Source: the human T2T-CHM13v2.0 reference genome, Homo sapiens. From it: a stretch of DNA of 64,000 nucleotides. Numbering within the stretch: position 1 is the stretch's first letter; the number at the start of each line of letters is the position of its first letter. The notes beneath the pieces were generated by a model. The model had not been told where the DNA came from. It saw only the letters and a list, made by a program, of their open reading frames with translations, and did no database searches. A program made the position numbers and the translations under genes. The stretch lies in assembly GCF_009914755.1 (NCBI RefSeq), contig NC_060932.1; one strand, given 5' to 3'. Shown piece by piece: positions 13,591 to 27,772 of the stretch.

Positions 13591-15519
13591 GTCCTCTCCA
13601 ACTATGACTGTGTAACTTTGATATAATTGAGCACTTGATGATTTCCACTTGCTGCTTGTAAATGTTATTTTTTGTCTTTTAAAGATGCTTCCTAATTTCA
13701 TTTGAAAATCCATTTCCTTATTGTTCTAGCTGTGAGTTCTTTTTCCTAGGCAGACAATGATTGGTTAAAAAAATATTGAATGAAGTGTGATTTAAGTACA
13801 GTTTACCATTGATTTAAATTTACACAAATAATTCCTATTATATTTTTAGTGCATTAAATTAGGCATAGGTGGATAATAAAAAATAACTTGGATTTGCCAT
13901 ATATTATAAATTGCTTTTTCTTACCACAGACATTAGCATCTGCTTGTACTTAATTTTTATTCAGGGGGAACTTATTTAAGTCTTTTTCAGGTGGATAAAA
14001 CAGACATGTGGCCAAGATTACTTAAGCCACTACACTGTAATTATCTCACTATTGATTACTTACTGATTTTCTGTCTCTTTTATTTTGATTCTATGCATAG
14101 GTAGGCCCTCGACGGGACTGGTTAGTGTATAATCCAGCTTTGTCTGGTCTTCGAATGCTATAGTTTTACATGAAACAAAAATAACAGCATCATAATAGAC
14201 AGCTCAAAGCATATTATCACCTTTCTAAGTATCTGCATGTCTAACTCTGTCAAGATTAATCTCTCTCTGTTCCCCAGCTGCTTCTGAAACAGGCCTGGTC
14301 TTAAATCTCAACCCTATGACTTCATTGCTTACTCCTAGAGCCATCTCTACAAAAATTTATTTGCCAAACCTAAGGAGTAAGGAAAGCTATAAAAAGAAAG
14401 TTATATAAGATGGACCATGTGTAAATAATCACGCTAAGTATATAATGTTTACAAGAAAGGGGTAAGGCATTTTAAGAATAAAATCACATCAAAACCTATT
14501 TGTCCATGGGAACCAGACTGCAGAGTAATGTGTGTTTGGGTTTGGAGGTGATAGACCCAACCCTATGACAACAGTGAATAAAGGTTGTTGGTAATTTAGT
14601 ACCAGACCTTGAGTCATCTGTCACTGTGAAGGCCTGGAAGAATGCATGTCCTACAAGTCATCTTGGTTAGAAAAAGCAGCTGAGGCAGACACTTTTCTAA
14701 AAGTTTGCCTTTGTAGAACAAAATTCATTTGTCAAATGAAAGGTCTTTCTCATGTTCTTAAAACATTGTCCACCCACTCAATAAATAAGGACTGGAAAAC
14801 CTTCACCAAAATTCAAGAAACATTTAATGAATGTCTGTGATGTATGAGATAACTTCCCAATATCTAAAGTTTATCATCAGAATTCATTGCACCTCTGCAG
14901 AAGGTATTGAGAGAAGGAAAGGGCATATGTGGCTGATTGGTCCAAGGTGCCCCTTCTGGGCTGTAGGGACGAGTCTATTTTGGAACAGGTCAATACAAGT
15001 AAAATCGAAATTCTTTAGAATTCTTTATCTTTCCTGTGAGATTTTCAGACTCTCTGTAGCAGTAAACATTCAAACATCATGACTGATAGGATGAAAGATT
15101 AGATTTTATGCCCTTGTGACAGGAGAAAAAGGTAGAGTTTATGTGTGTGTTGTCAGAGAAAAAAAAAAAAAAAGCCTAGCAAGTTTGGGCTATTAGACCC
15201 TAGACTGGCAGGCCTCTGTCCTCAGCAGTGCTTGATCATGAGGCATCTTGATCTGATCTAGGCCAGACTTCCAGTTTAGATCAGGGCCTCTGCTAATATT
15301 TGGAGTTGAAATTCAGCCTGGCTTGGCAACTTTGATTGACTGTGGCCTCGGAGATCGAGGACATTCCCAGAAGTCTAGGTCAGCTGAGCAACAGGGAGTG
15401 TTCATGATAATTAAAGGCTGTCAGCCTTGTCAGGGCTGCTGAAATTTCAGCAGAGGCTTTAGATAAGGATGATTATTGTTTACTAGGCCAAGTGAACAAT
15501 GATCACTACTCCCCTACAG

Positions 15520-16170
15520 ACATTTATCACATACTCAGTACATGTCTATGGAGTGCCTGCTACTTTCTAGGCTCTATTCTAAGCACTGTGGATGCAGCAA
15601 TGAACATGCTTGCTTTTATGCAGTTTACATTTTGGTAGAAGAAGCCAAACAATGAAAAAATATGTAATGTCAAGGGATGATAAATGCAATGATGGAAAAC
15701 AAAGCAGAGTACAGAGTGACTTGGTAAGGGAAATGTTACTTTAGTAAGGTCAAGAAAAGTTTCTATGATAAATTGATATAAGATCAGAAATCTAATGGGA
15801 AAATGGAGTATGCAATACATAGATCGGAGAAGAAAGCATTCCAGCAATATGCAAAGATAAAGTGTGCTCAGAGCAAGCAGGCCAGGATACTGAAGGGGAG
15901 TAAAGAGTAAACAGAGAGAATACAGTAAGAAATGAGTCCAGAGAGGGAGGCGAAGAAAATATCATGTGGGACTTTTAGGTCATGCTAAGAACTTAGTGTT
16001 TCCTTTGACAGAGATGAGAAGTCATTGAAGGATTGTGAACAAGGGAAGTAACATGACATGACTTTATATGCTATTGTGAGAATAGATTGTAATGTGGTAC
16101 AATTCAAAACAGACCAGTTAGGAGGCTCTTATAATAGAATGGTTAAGAGAATGTGGTGGGACGCCAGTGA
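15520..16170 (-). mobile_element. L2 fragment (probably continues at about 18200-18400)
   Basis: 'gagtgcctgctactttctaggctctattctaagcactgtggatgcagcaatgaac' antisense L2 3' region. Confidence 0.75.
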
Positions 16171-16184
16171 AACGGTGGAGTAAG

Positions 16185-18200
16185 GGCCTCTAAAAATTCT
16201 CTCCTCCATCAAAGCAATAAGAAAACTGGCAGCCAGGTGTGGTGGCTCATGCCTACAATCCCAGCACTTTGGGAGGCCGAGGCAGGTGGATCATCTGAGG
16301 TCAGGAGTTCGAGACCAGCCTGGCTAACATGGCGAAACCCCGTCTCTACTAAAAATACAAAAATTAGCCGGGTGTGGTGGCAGGTGCCTGTAATCCCAGC
16401 TACTTGGGAGGCTGAGGCAGGAGAATCACTTGAACCCAGGAGGCTGGGTTGCCGTGAGCTGAGATCACACCATTGCACTCCAGCCTGGGTGACAAGAGTA
16501 AAATTCCATCTCAAAAAAAAAAAAAAAGAAAGAAAACTGGCAAAATGGTCAGAATAAACTTGTTTGGAAGTCTAGAAATTAAGTAAAGTCTTATAGAAGT
16601 CAAGGTGCACTTATTCAAGAAAAACAGCTGAATGTTGGTAAGAACAATGAGCTTTGTAATATTTAATTCACTTGAGTCCCATTCCCTGCTCTCCAGATCT
16701 ACAACAGTATTGATAAAGAAGAGCTCACATTCTCACTGCAGCCTGGCAAGCATCAGAGAGGGAAGAATGGAGCTAGAGCTTACTCAAATCCTCACTCCCA
16801 CAGAACTGTCAGTATTTGACCTGTCTTTTTTACTCGATAGACCTCACTTGCACAACTCTCTGTACTTGACATTACTCAGAGCTACCAAGTGAGAAAAGCC
16901 TTTGCTCAGAGGATTGTGTGTTAAAACAATTGGAGGGAAGTATTTTAATTTTGTGTCTGCCTAGATGGATGGATAACAATTGTGGCAATCAGTAGAATAA
17001 CCAGAAAACTTTAAAGGAAAATCTTGGGAATGAATTGTCCGTAGGAGCTTAAAAGCTTTGAGATATTTCTGAGAACCTAGAAGGACATACACAGGTATAA
17101 GGCTGAGTACCTGTCCAGGGCTGTGCCTGCTCAGGGAAAACCTGAGAGGCCCTAAACACTCACCTTTGGTCAATCTTGAGGCTCTGCAGAAACAGGAAGT
17201 GAAGTCTAATGCAGAGTTGCAGATGCCTTGATGATTGTTGAAAGTATGTCTCAACACACACATAGAGTCCCTCAGCAAAGACAGAAGATTGGTTAGGAAT
17301 GAATAGATGACCACTGAGTTACTCTACTAAGTTAACAAAGCAGAGACTTCAGTGGCTGCATACAGCAAAGAATGTGTACTTTACAGGATTATTCCAGAAT
17401 AGTCATCAAACAAACACAACTACAGCAAGAAATAACTGCAAGCCCTGGGTAAGACCGTAAGTGCATTCCCAGAGTTGCCACATTACCATGTTCAAAATAT
17501 CCAGTTCTTAAATACCACGACATTCAAAGGCACAAAAAAACAGTGGCCCATTCAAAGGGGAAAAAGCAATCAATAGCAACTATTTCTAGAGAATCCTAGA
17601 TGTTGAACTTACTAGACAATGACTTTAAATCAGGTATTTAAAATATGCTCAAATAACTAAAGAAAATATTGTCTGAAGAACTAAAGTGTAAGAATGATAT
17701 CTTGCCAAATAGAGAATATCAAGAGATGGAAATTATTATAAAAATAGAAATTCTGAAGTTGAAAAGTATAATAACCTAAAAGAAAAATTCACAAGATCAG
17801 AGTTGAGCCAATAGAAGAAAGAATCACCAGCCAACTTGAAAATGGGTCAATTGAGGTTATTCAGTGAGAGTAACAGAAATAAAAAAGTACGAAGAAAACT
17901 GAGCAGAGCCTCAGATGCCTGTGGGAAATTGTCAAGCAGACCTTGCTGCTCATACTCATAAGTGTGATCTTCCAAAAGAGAATAGAGAGACAAAGAAGCA
18001 AGAAGAATAACTGAGGAAATAATGGCAGAACACTTTCTAAATTTGCTTAAAAACATTAATCTTCACATCCAAGAAGTTCAGTGAACTCCAAGTAGGATGA
18101 ATTCAAAGAAAATTATAATGGACACATTATAATTAAACTATCAAAAGGCAAAGACCAAGAGAGAATTTTGAAAGAAGCAAAATAAAGATGGCTTCTCATG
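16185..18200 (+). mobile_element. Old L1 5'UTR/ORF1 region (L1M-type), interrupted by an Alu
   Basis: ORF1-end motifs 'gaaataatggcagaacactttctaaatttg...catccaagaagttcagtgaactccaagtaggat', 'aaagaccaagagagaattttgaaag'. Confidence 0.75.
16231..16529 (+). mobile_element. Alu, AluSq/Sp-like
   Basis: Full Alu; 'cattgcactccagcctgggtgacaagag'; TSD aagaaaactggc at 16219-16230 and 16530-16541. Confidence 0.95.
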
Positions 18201-19765
18201 GACAAAGAGCGTGGGCAGGTGGTTCATTATGAAAGAAGAGAGACAGAGTCCATGGGCACAGGCGCAGATGGGATGGCAGTTTTGGTGGTGGGAACATGTG
18301 GAAATCCTTTCTCTTCTAATGCTTCCATTTTTTCAAAGAAGTTAGGCATAAGACCACCAACTCAGAATTGGAGGGAGAGCAGGAGAGGAAGAATGGAGGC
18401 ATAAAGATCACTAGCAATTTTTTTGCAAGGTCAAGCAGTACTGAAGTCAAACCAATGATATAATTCACAATGCACCGATTGTTCATTGCTATTAGCAATG
18501 CATGGAATGTGGGGAGCTTCATCCTTGAACTAATTATTTGTTGACTGACACTGAACTTTTTACATTAATTTAAATGCTTAAATCTTAAAATGTCAGTACT
18601 CTGGGCAAAGTCCCTGCTGTCCACCCTACTTGGCAGGAAGATTAAACCTCTGCTAAATTATACTTTTACGTTCTCTGAATAACCCCTGCATACCTTTCCC
18701 TGGGCTGCATTTTTTGCCTGTGTGTTGCCTGAGGTCACAATCTGGGAACCATGAGGCAACTTGGACTAGGAGACATATATATATTTACCTGTACAACATC
18801 TTTACAAAAGAAAAAGGATCATTGGCAATATTCAATAATGAAGAGACTTTTAGATGAAAATCTGTGTTTCTGGTTCCTGGGGTCTGAGGAAAATCTGACA
18901 CAGTGAACCAGGCTGAGAGCAACTGGCTGGAGCTAGGCAGCAACCGGCCTCTTTTCAGGGATCTGCACTTCACATATGGGCTTTGCAAACCTTGGTGCAG
19001 TCCATTTTCACTTCATAGAATGAGTGAACTTCTCTTCTGTTACTGAATGCCCAAAACATTCCAGTCATTCCCATAAAGACTGCTTTCTCCCAGCTATTTG
19101 TGTTCCCAAAGTTCCTACCACATTTTGTAGGTTCAAATGTTATAGCACTTCTCATCTTCTATCTTTATGAACTTATTTGTTCTACCTTTTTGTCTCTCCT
19201 TTTAGATTTTTAAGCTGTTTAGAGGGAGGGTTGGCATTTTAATCCATTTTTACAATTTCACTCACAGCTAATAAATGTTTCTGTATAAACAGGATCAACA
19301 AAATGTGCAATGAATAATAAGTTTGGTCCATTATAATTTGGTTTAAGAGACTATAGTAAATTTTGAATCTATCTTAGGCACAGTGGAATGCTTATTAGCA
19401 ATTAATATTGATGTTACCTCAGAAAATGTTGAAAATCTATTCAATTCACCTTGGAATGCACAGGTACTTAGCAGACAAACAAAATCCCTAGTATGTTCTA
19501 CACTATCATATTATAACAGTGCTTTTTAAGTCTTGTCGTGGAAGCTAGCAGGCATATTCTAAAATGTTGAATGCAAATTTGTTATCAAAACTCATGCCCT
19601 TGGACTGTATTCTGTGGCATCTAAATCTATATACAGCATGGAAAGCTATACCAACTATTGGTGGTTTGTTTATTCTCCTTGCCACTAAAGCTGAATCTTT
19701 GTCCCTAAATGCTGTCATTTTATATGCAATTTTTCTTTTGCTTTGTGTGTATTTGTTGTATATAT

Positions 19766-20073
19766 CGTAGTCTTCTCTCATCCATGGGAAATATGTTCTA
19801 AAATCCCCAGTGGCTACCTGAAACTGTATATAACACCAGACTCTCTCTATATTATGTCTATAGTATATCTGTGATAAAGTTTAATTTATAAATTAGGTAG
19901 AGTAAAAGATTAACAATAAATAAAGTAGAACAATTTTAACAATATCCTGTAATTAGTTATATAAATATTGTCTCTATGAAAATACTGTAATAAAGACTGT
20001 AGCTGACCACAGGTAACTGAAACTGTGAAAGGTGAAACTACAGAAAGAAAAACTGCAGATGAGGGGGAATACT
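19766..20073 (-). mobile_element. MER44-family (TcMar-Tigger) element
   Basis: TIR-like ends 'gtagtcttctctcatcc' / 'gatgagggggaatactg'; 'gaccacaggtaactgaaactgtgaaag'; homologous to 11948-12311. Confidence 0.75.
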
Positions 20074-20204
20074 GTACCACAGATACACACAAAACTGGGG
20101 ATATTCCTAGGACATAAAGAGGACTTCCATGGGAAACCTAGTGAAATCCACATAAGTGATTTAGTGAATCACAATGCACCACTGTTGCCTTCTTTAGTTC
20201 GACA

Positions 20205-20345
20205 AATGTACCTTGATATTGTTAAGATGTTAACAATGGAGGAAACTGGGTGAGGAGTATGTGGGAATTCTCCATACTGTCTGTGCAACCTCCCTGTAGC
20301 TCTACAAATATTACAAAATAAGGTTTCTCTAAAAATCAATAAATA
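20205..20345 (+). mobile_element. L1MC-type 3' end fragment
   Basis: 'aagatgttaacaatggaggaaactgggtgaggagtatgtgggaattctccatact'. Confidence 0.7.
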
Positions 20346-21844
20346 GAAGTTGGTGCAATGTTTGGAAAGTATTCTCAAATTAAAACTCAGAAAGCTGGTG
20401 CCATCTGACAACTCTCCTGAGTTTGGGAGGTCCTGTTGCTGATAACAGCGTATTTCATCAAATAATTATCAATGTCTAATCTTCCTACATACAAGTATAC
20501 TTAAATGTATATATTTGGATTCACACAGAAGCAAGTTAGAAAAGAAGTCACTGATATTTAATTCATAAAGTAACATTTAAAAAATCAGTTACTATGTGGG
20601 CCGTCTTTTTGTTCAGTGACATTTTATTGCCTGATAGAAGCGTAGTGCTAAAGAGTATCTATCTTAAGTGCCAGTTAGAATGTTCTATTTGAAGATAGTA
20701 ACAGATATATCCTAATGATATTTTAAATCTTCTAATGTAAGAAAAGTCTCCCGTGATGGGTCAGGAAGATCCTCAAGTATAACGGTTTTTGAAAAGCAAA
20801 ATAGTTGTTTATTGTCAACTGAACTTTCCAGTTTTTTAGTCCTGACTCTGAAAAGTGTTAAAAGTAGAATCTTTCTTGATACTATTGACATTTCACAGGC
20901 CTAAATGTATCATTCAATTATTTGCACTTTGTAAGAAAGATATACCTGTGAATTATGCATCCTAGAGATATTTCATAATGAAACTTACAATTTATTTGCA
21001 AAAATAACTGGGAGTATTATTTATAGGTGAAGATAGAATTGGCATTTCAATGTACTGAGCTTAGCATGTAGAAGGAGTTTTCTTATGCTATATCCTAAGT
21101 GACATTTTGCCTATTTGGAAAACATTTTAAAGACAGATTAAATATCGCATTTCCAACTCTCAAATGGAAAGGTATCACTTTACAGCTTTATTATTTTCAA
21201 ATATTCAAGCTCAAACAGTTTTATAGATTAAAGAGATTGCTTAACTCAATAAAATCCAGAATTCTAAGTTTACATCTTTCTTAAATTATCATTATTGTAT
21301 ACATTGCAAGTAACATAACATCATCAGATTTATACCATAATTGTAAGATGCAAATGTATAATTACTAGAATTTAACCTCCCCAAAATGATGTAATTCAAC
21401 CTGACTATCCTGGCTACATAAATGCAAGCTAATCGGCAATGAAACATTTAAATAAAACAAGAACGTTAACACAACAACAACTGCAGAATAAACAAACTTT
21501 TCAAGAAGGAAAAAAACAAGGGCCTAATTATATCTGCAACAAAAAATCATAAATGCCTACTATTTTAAAGTATTTTCCCATCCATTCAGACTTTAGCTGT
21601 GGCCAGGACTGTTTCAATATGTGTTTTGACCTCTACGTACATTGATAGTCATTTTCCTATATTAATTTCTTCATTCAGTAAACCATCCAATGTCTCCTTC
21701 ATTCAGTAAACATTTATTCTTGGACAGCTGTGAGTTGAACAATGTGAAGGTGTTGAAGATGAAGGAGAAGCAGCAGTTCCTGCTCTTGGTCTAATTACTT
21801 GTTTAAATAAAACTAATTCAAATATAAGAGATACTTTCATTTTA

Positions 21845-22148
21845 GGGCACGGTAGCTCACGCCTATAATCCTAGCACTTTGAGAGGCTGAGGCAGGTGGA
21901 TCACTTGAGGTCAGGAGTTCGAGACCAGCCTGGCCAACATGGTGAAACCCCATTTCTACTAAAAATACAAAAATTAGCCAGGTGTGGTGGCACACACCTG
22001 TAATCCCAGCTACTTGGGAGGCTAAGGCAGGAGAATCTCTTGAACCTAGGAGGCAGAGGTTTAGTGAGCCAAGATCGCGCACCACTGCACTCCAGCCTGG
22101 GGCAACAGAGCGAGAGTCCATCTAAAAAGAAAAAAGAAAGAAAAAAAA
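21845..22148 (+). mobile_element. Alu, AluSz-like
   Basis: Full Alu, 'ggatcacttgaggtcaggagttcgagaccagcctggccaacatgg', A-rich tail. Confidence 0.95.
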
Positions 22149-23864
22149 GTTTTGAGAGACACGATAGCAAGGTAATTTCCAGGGTTTCTAGATTGAGTGA
22201 ATCTCAGAGCACAGTGAAAACAGGAGCTTTAAACAAATTGGAAGAGAACCTTAACGAAAGTTCAAGTTAATAATGTATTATTATTATTATTGAAGGTTTT
22301 TGGAGAGAGGAAATTTGAAAAAGCAAGTCAATTTTTTTCCTCAAGTAATAGTTTAATATAGATATGAAAATTATTTTATATGACCTATTACTAATGCAGT
22401 AGTATCTACCTTTCTTTCCAATGACCAATTTTTCTCCAAAATATGTGATTTACGTTTCCTTAATTTCATTAAAGATCAGTGTTTTCGTCTCTAAGATAGT
22501 AATATGTAGATACTTAGTACTCAGATGTCAAACAACTGAACTGAGAAAGGTCCAAAATAAATGTCTGTGCAAATGAGCCATATGCATCTGGGTTAAAGGA
22601 CAATGACAAAGTCTTAACCAGTCCTGCGGTTTCCAGCTCATACCCTGACACAAGAAAGGGCAAGGAGAGTTGTGTTTAATAGTATATTCTTCAATTAAAT
22701 GTCACTTTTCTTCAATGTGTACTCTGGGTGAGCACACTAAAATCATGTTTTGCTGCAATGTCATCACACCAAGTTGCTGACTTTCTTGTTGCCATAGCAC
22801 ATGGTACAAAGATGAATTCTGCCATAGGATAAACTTAGGTCTTAAAAGCCTCATATCATGGAGTATAATGCATATTCTTCTTTTGCAATCCATAGTTCTA
22901 ACATCTCTATTTCTCCCTTTTATGTTATTAGCAATCACTCATATCACATGTGGATGAGAGTTAAATAAATTGAAAAGGCATTACTACTGCTCTTAAAAAA
23001 AAAGAGAGAGATACTCTCATTTTAAAAGGTTAATCAGATCACACATTTGCTTGCTTAAATTTCTCAAATATCTTTCCATTGGGCTTAAATTCGAATCCAT
23101 GGCCTAACAATGGGCTACAGTGCTCTATAGGACCTGCCTCTGACCTCTCACCTCACTTCTTTTCCTGCTCTCCAGCTCTACCCTACAGCAAGCACAGGAG
23201 CTTCATTTTTATTTCTCAGAGGTACTTGACTAATTCCTGCCTCAGGACCTTTGCACTTGCTCTTGCTGCTTCTGCCTAGAATGTTGCTTCTTGCCTCCTC
23301 ATTCCCAAGTCCTAACCAAGTCAGAGATTCTGGTTAGTGCTTTCCTCATACTATTTCATTGCATTTATTAAAAACTGCATCACCACAAAGAGATTACATA
23401 CTTCTTTAGAAAAGAAAAGTTGGAGAAATCCTAAGAATTTTGTGGCAATGAAATCACAATCATGATCAGAAACCTTATGAAAACAAAGGTACAACACCTG
23501 TAAAGTCCTATAGCTAATTTAAATTATCAGAAATCTCATAAATTAGTGCTCCTTTTTGATCAGTGTAAAAATACTTGACAAAAAATATAATTGGCTCTGT
23601 CATAAATGTATCTGAAGTCAATATGTAAGCTATAACAAAGCATCACACTTTTCATTAACTAATTTTTTACTGTTTAGAATTTACAAGGCTTTGGAGGAAG
23701 ATAATTTGGAACTTCCAGGTCTCCTTTAAAATCATATAAAATAGGTTGTGTTTATGTCCTTTTCTCTCAGTGAATTATTTTTACATCAAAGAGAGTAACC
23801 ATGATGCTCAATAAATAAAATAAAAATAAATAAAATATTATTTCATTGAAAAGAGTTTTTATTT

Positions 23865-24124
23865 TATTTATTTATTTATTTTTGAGACAGGGTTTCACTT
23901 TGTCACCCAGACTGGAGTGCAGTGGCACGAGCTCGTCTCACTGCAGCCTTGACCTTCTGATCTCAAGCAATCATCCTCCCACCTCAGCCTCTCAAGCAGC
24001 TGGGGACTGCAATTGCACACCACCATGCCTGGCTAATTTTTTTGCATTTTTTGTTAGAGAGGGGGTTTCACCATGTTGCCCAGGCTGGTCTTCAATTCCT
24101 GAGCTCCAGTGATCCACCCGCCTC
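23865..24124 (-). mobile_element. AluJ, 5'-truncated
   Basis: 'gagacagggtttcac', 'cactgcagccttgacc', 'ctcaagcaatc' are AluJ-like; TSD agagtttttatttt on both sides. Confidence 0.9.
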
Positions 24125-25334
24125 AGAGTTTTTATTTTTAATTGAGTTTAACCAGCACATTTTTCCTTCATTTTTTTCTTACATAAGTTCAGCCACAAGT
24201 AATTATTATTTGACCAGAATCCTGATTCTAAGAAGTAGTCATGAGACTTAAGAAATATCATTTTATTTACTTGTTTATTTAACACCTGATATTTTGTCTA
24301 AATGTATCTAATGCAACAATAATGTTAATCGAATATAAATATAAACAGAAATTAGGATCATGAAAATAGAAGGGAAAATACACTAACCAGGAAAGGTGAA
24401 ATTTTAGGCAGAAAGTGATTCAGCCTCAGTAGATCTCAGTTTTATCATTTAATCTAGATCAAGGAAGATAAGTATGTCCTCCCTTGTGTGCCAAACCAGT
24501 TTTGTTGGAAGAGGAGGTTGCACTGTGTTAAGAAGTGTCTTGAGGCCAGGTAAGAGCTCACCAGGGAGCAATGAAGAGATGTTTCCTTGAGGTCCACCAA
24601 GCCCACAGAATTTGGAAATGGCAGCACATTTGCTGTGCATTGGCAATGCCTGGACAAGATTACAGTTGCCAGTCATTTTCTAAAGTTTCTTCATTGTTGT
24701 TCTACAATTTCTCACTGTTCAGTGAAAGCCATTTGCTAAAAGTGAAAAATATTCCAAATTTAGTATTTATTTATTCAAATTTTCTTGTAATTTAATTTTA
24801 ATAAATGCATTATGAGTGTATGGCCACCACTTTTCTTTCCTAATGTTCTTATAATTTGAGTTCTGCTTAATGTCATGTTTATGTTTCTGGGTAAGATTTC
24901 TGGAAGTAACTGGCATCATCAGAATGAATTTGTCATCCCCCGTCTTAATTCCGATCTCTTTGCAAGTTTCTCAAAATTGGATCAACTAATTCTGAGTAAT
25001 GCAACCCTAATCCCAGCACCTAGTAGACATCTACTAGGTTGGATATCTGCATTCTTCCCAATAATCAAATTTATTCTTGTCTAACCCAACGTTCTGTTAC
25101 TTTTCAATCCCTGAATGCCTAGGACTTCTCCACCCTCCTCTGGCCTGTCACCTGTGTTGGCCTGGACTGTAAGTCTTTATTATTTCCTGAAATATGCTAC
25201 TGATTCCTTCTGAGACTTCACACCTCCGAGCCTAGAACCCCATTCTAAAATAGTATCAATGGATTAGAGTTTAGTGTCATGCCTTCTGATTTCTTATCAA
25301 CTCCAATTCCCTAGGAATAGATTCTAATCTTGAA

Positions 25335-25560
25335 TAATAATGGCAATACTAGAAAACATGTTTTGAACACAGACTCTAGGCTATTAGGCAATACCTGGGA
25401 TTATCTCATCCTTAAAAAACAATGTATGAAACAGTTATTCATCTTATGTGTGAGAGCATAGGAAAGTTAAGTAGCTTGCCCAAAGTCACAAAGCAAGTCA
25501 ATGATACAGTTGAATATGAACCAAGTTATCTGAATATGAACGTGAGCTCTCTACTCTACT
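25335..25560 (-). mobile_element. MIR
   Basis: 'gttaagtagcttgcccaaagtcacaaagc'. Confidence 0.65.
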
Positions 25561-26571
25561 GCCCCACTGGTTTTACTAACATTCTGCTCTTGCTGGACAG
25601 GTTGCAGGCAGAGTGCGGACACAGAGAAGACCTGCCTTGTCAAGACTGGCACCCAATAAGACCTCTAGATTGGGCCCTTCCCCTTTCATCTCCCCTTACT
25701 ATTTTTATGACTTTATTTTTAAATGTGTACAAAGAGCTTTGCTTGGTACTGAGGATATGTAACTCACAAGGCAGGCATGGTCCCTTCCATCCACCTTAGA
25801 GGCTTTTAGAGGAAAGAAACCTTCATCACCTAATTTTACAAAGAATTGCACATCCAGAGTAGTGATAAGCTCTACTAAGAAAGATTGCAGTGTACAGTAA
25901 AAGCCTACAACAGGATGACCTAACCTATTCTGGCAGGTCAGGGAATTGCTGCATCTCTCATCAACTCCATTGTATGGCTCAATACTTACTGTGTGGTTCA
26001 CACATCACTTCTCTTCCAGGTTAAACTACAACAAAGTGTCTTCAGCAGAATTCTAGCTTTGAGTTGCACAGATCCTGGTATGCTTTGCAGCTCTCCCAAT
26101 TCCCCGCAGCCTCTTCTTTACTAATAGAGGTTTTACTAAATATATTTATTAACATATTTCAAGCTACCATTACCTTATCAGACCTCTACTCTGCTGAAAT
26201 ACTGAGCAATATTGTTTTATTGATTGGGTACCTACTGATGGTAGCAATATGCAAGTGTGCATTATTCTCATATGACTACAGCTTTAATAGTCTGGAGGTA
26301 ATATTGAAAGTAATTTACTGTCGTCTATAGATGGCAGTTCTAGTGCTGTGGTACTTAGGGCTGCCAATTTGGAAATTCCAGTATGCATACAAATGAGTTA
26401 TTGGAAGTCTTTTTAGAACTAACTTGATAAAACAAAAGGGCAAGAAAGCCCACCACTGACCTGATAGCCATCCACAAATATAGTAATTGGGAACAATTTC
26501 TTTGGAATGAATGACAGATACCTTTTCCATTATCTTAAGTTTTCTAGTAGAATCAATGACAGGGGCTGAAA

Positions 26572-26678
26572 GAGTTTGTGGACATGTTGACTTAATTTAA
26601 TGTCTAAATCCTGAATCTTTTTGCTAACTGCAGATGCAGGATTTAGACACTAAATTAAGTCAACATTTTCACAAACTC
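26572..26678. repeat. Inverted repeat with 47-bp arms and a 13-nt loop
   Basis: Arm 26572-26618 is the reverse complement of 26632-26678 at 43 of 47 positions, ungapped. Confidence 0.95.
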
Positions 26679-26779
26679 ATGGATTGCAGAATTCTCCTGC
26701 ATTGCAGTGTTCATCACATGAGCTGAAGGCAGAGCAGAGATTTAGACAATGAAAATACTGAAACATTGTTTTTCCCCCA

Positions 26780-27525
26780 CCAGTGATAACGTTAAGATGT
26801 TTCGTATATCAAATTATTCAATATTTTATATTATCAAGGGAACAATATTAAATAGAAGCAAGCAGAAAGCCTACTCTCTCACATACAAAAAATATTATTT
26901 TATATTCTTTGCTTCCTTTGGCCTAAATGCAGTTAAAAAAAAAACAACTTAGGTTCTATAAATATGTGTAGATCTTATTGATTCATTTTAACTGCTAGAT
27001 AGCATTGATAGCATCCCACTGAATGAATAAATCACATTTATGTAAACATTGTACAACAGAGGGACAATTAGGATGTTTTCCTTTTTTAAAAAAACTAAAA
27101 CACACAGACATTCAGTGAAAAATTCTGTACATATTTCCTGTGCTTATCTAGTTTCTCTTGGATAGACACCCATAAAAAGTGGGGGAAAACCAACTTGTGA
27201 AAAAAATGTGCAGTAGGATTGCAATTATCTAAATCTTTAAAACTCACAAACATTGTTTATGGATGAATTTATTCATAGTGTAGAAGTTCATAAACATGCA
27301 TGAAAATGATCCACACCATTTTCAAGAGAGTGGATAGTCCTGGGGAGGGCGGGTTAAAGGATGAGAGTAGCACTTTAGCAATATCTGTAACAATTTACTT
27401 CTCTAAAAAAAAAAAATGATCTGGAGCAAATTGCAATATGTTAACATCTGTTTGATCCTGGTGATGATAATTACATAGATGCTGTATTTTTCCTATACTC
27501 TTAAATATGCTTGAAATGTTTTGTA
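26780..27525. mobile_element. Degraded old L1 (L1ME-type) fragments in both orientations
   Basis: Antisense 'ttattgattcattttaactgctagatagcatt...'; sense 'ttcctatactcttaaatatgcttgaaatgttt'. Confidence 0.5.
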
Positions 27526-27772
27526 AGTTCTGTGAAAACGATGTTTTACGAAAAGTTGTCAATGTTATTTAAAAAAAGAAAAATCTTGTGTGTACCATAA
27601 GAACATTAGAATTACTGATACAATGCCTTATATGCAAACACTCAGCTGTCTCCTGTTGGAGGAAGTATATATGAGTTAGAAAACCAGCTGTGAAAAGATA
27701 TCAAATTTCAGCTAGTAATAGGGTTCACATAACTATGAAACTAAATGGCACTTTCTACTTCAGCTCACTGGG

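Noticed and set aside
15436-15453. 18-bp palindrome CTGCTGAAATTTCAGCAG (also ATCATGGAA-A-TTCCATGAT at 5305-5323)
   Set aside because: 9-bp arms are near chance expectation in 64 kb.
21669-21711. cttcattcagtaaac twice (also caaggaggttct twice near 35010-35036)
   Set aside because: Ordinary micro-duplications from slippage.
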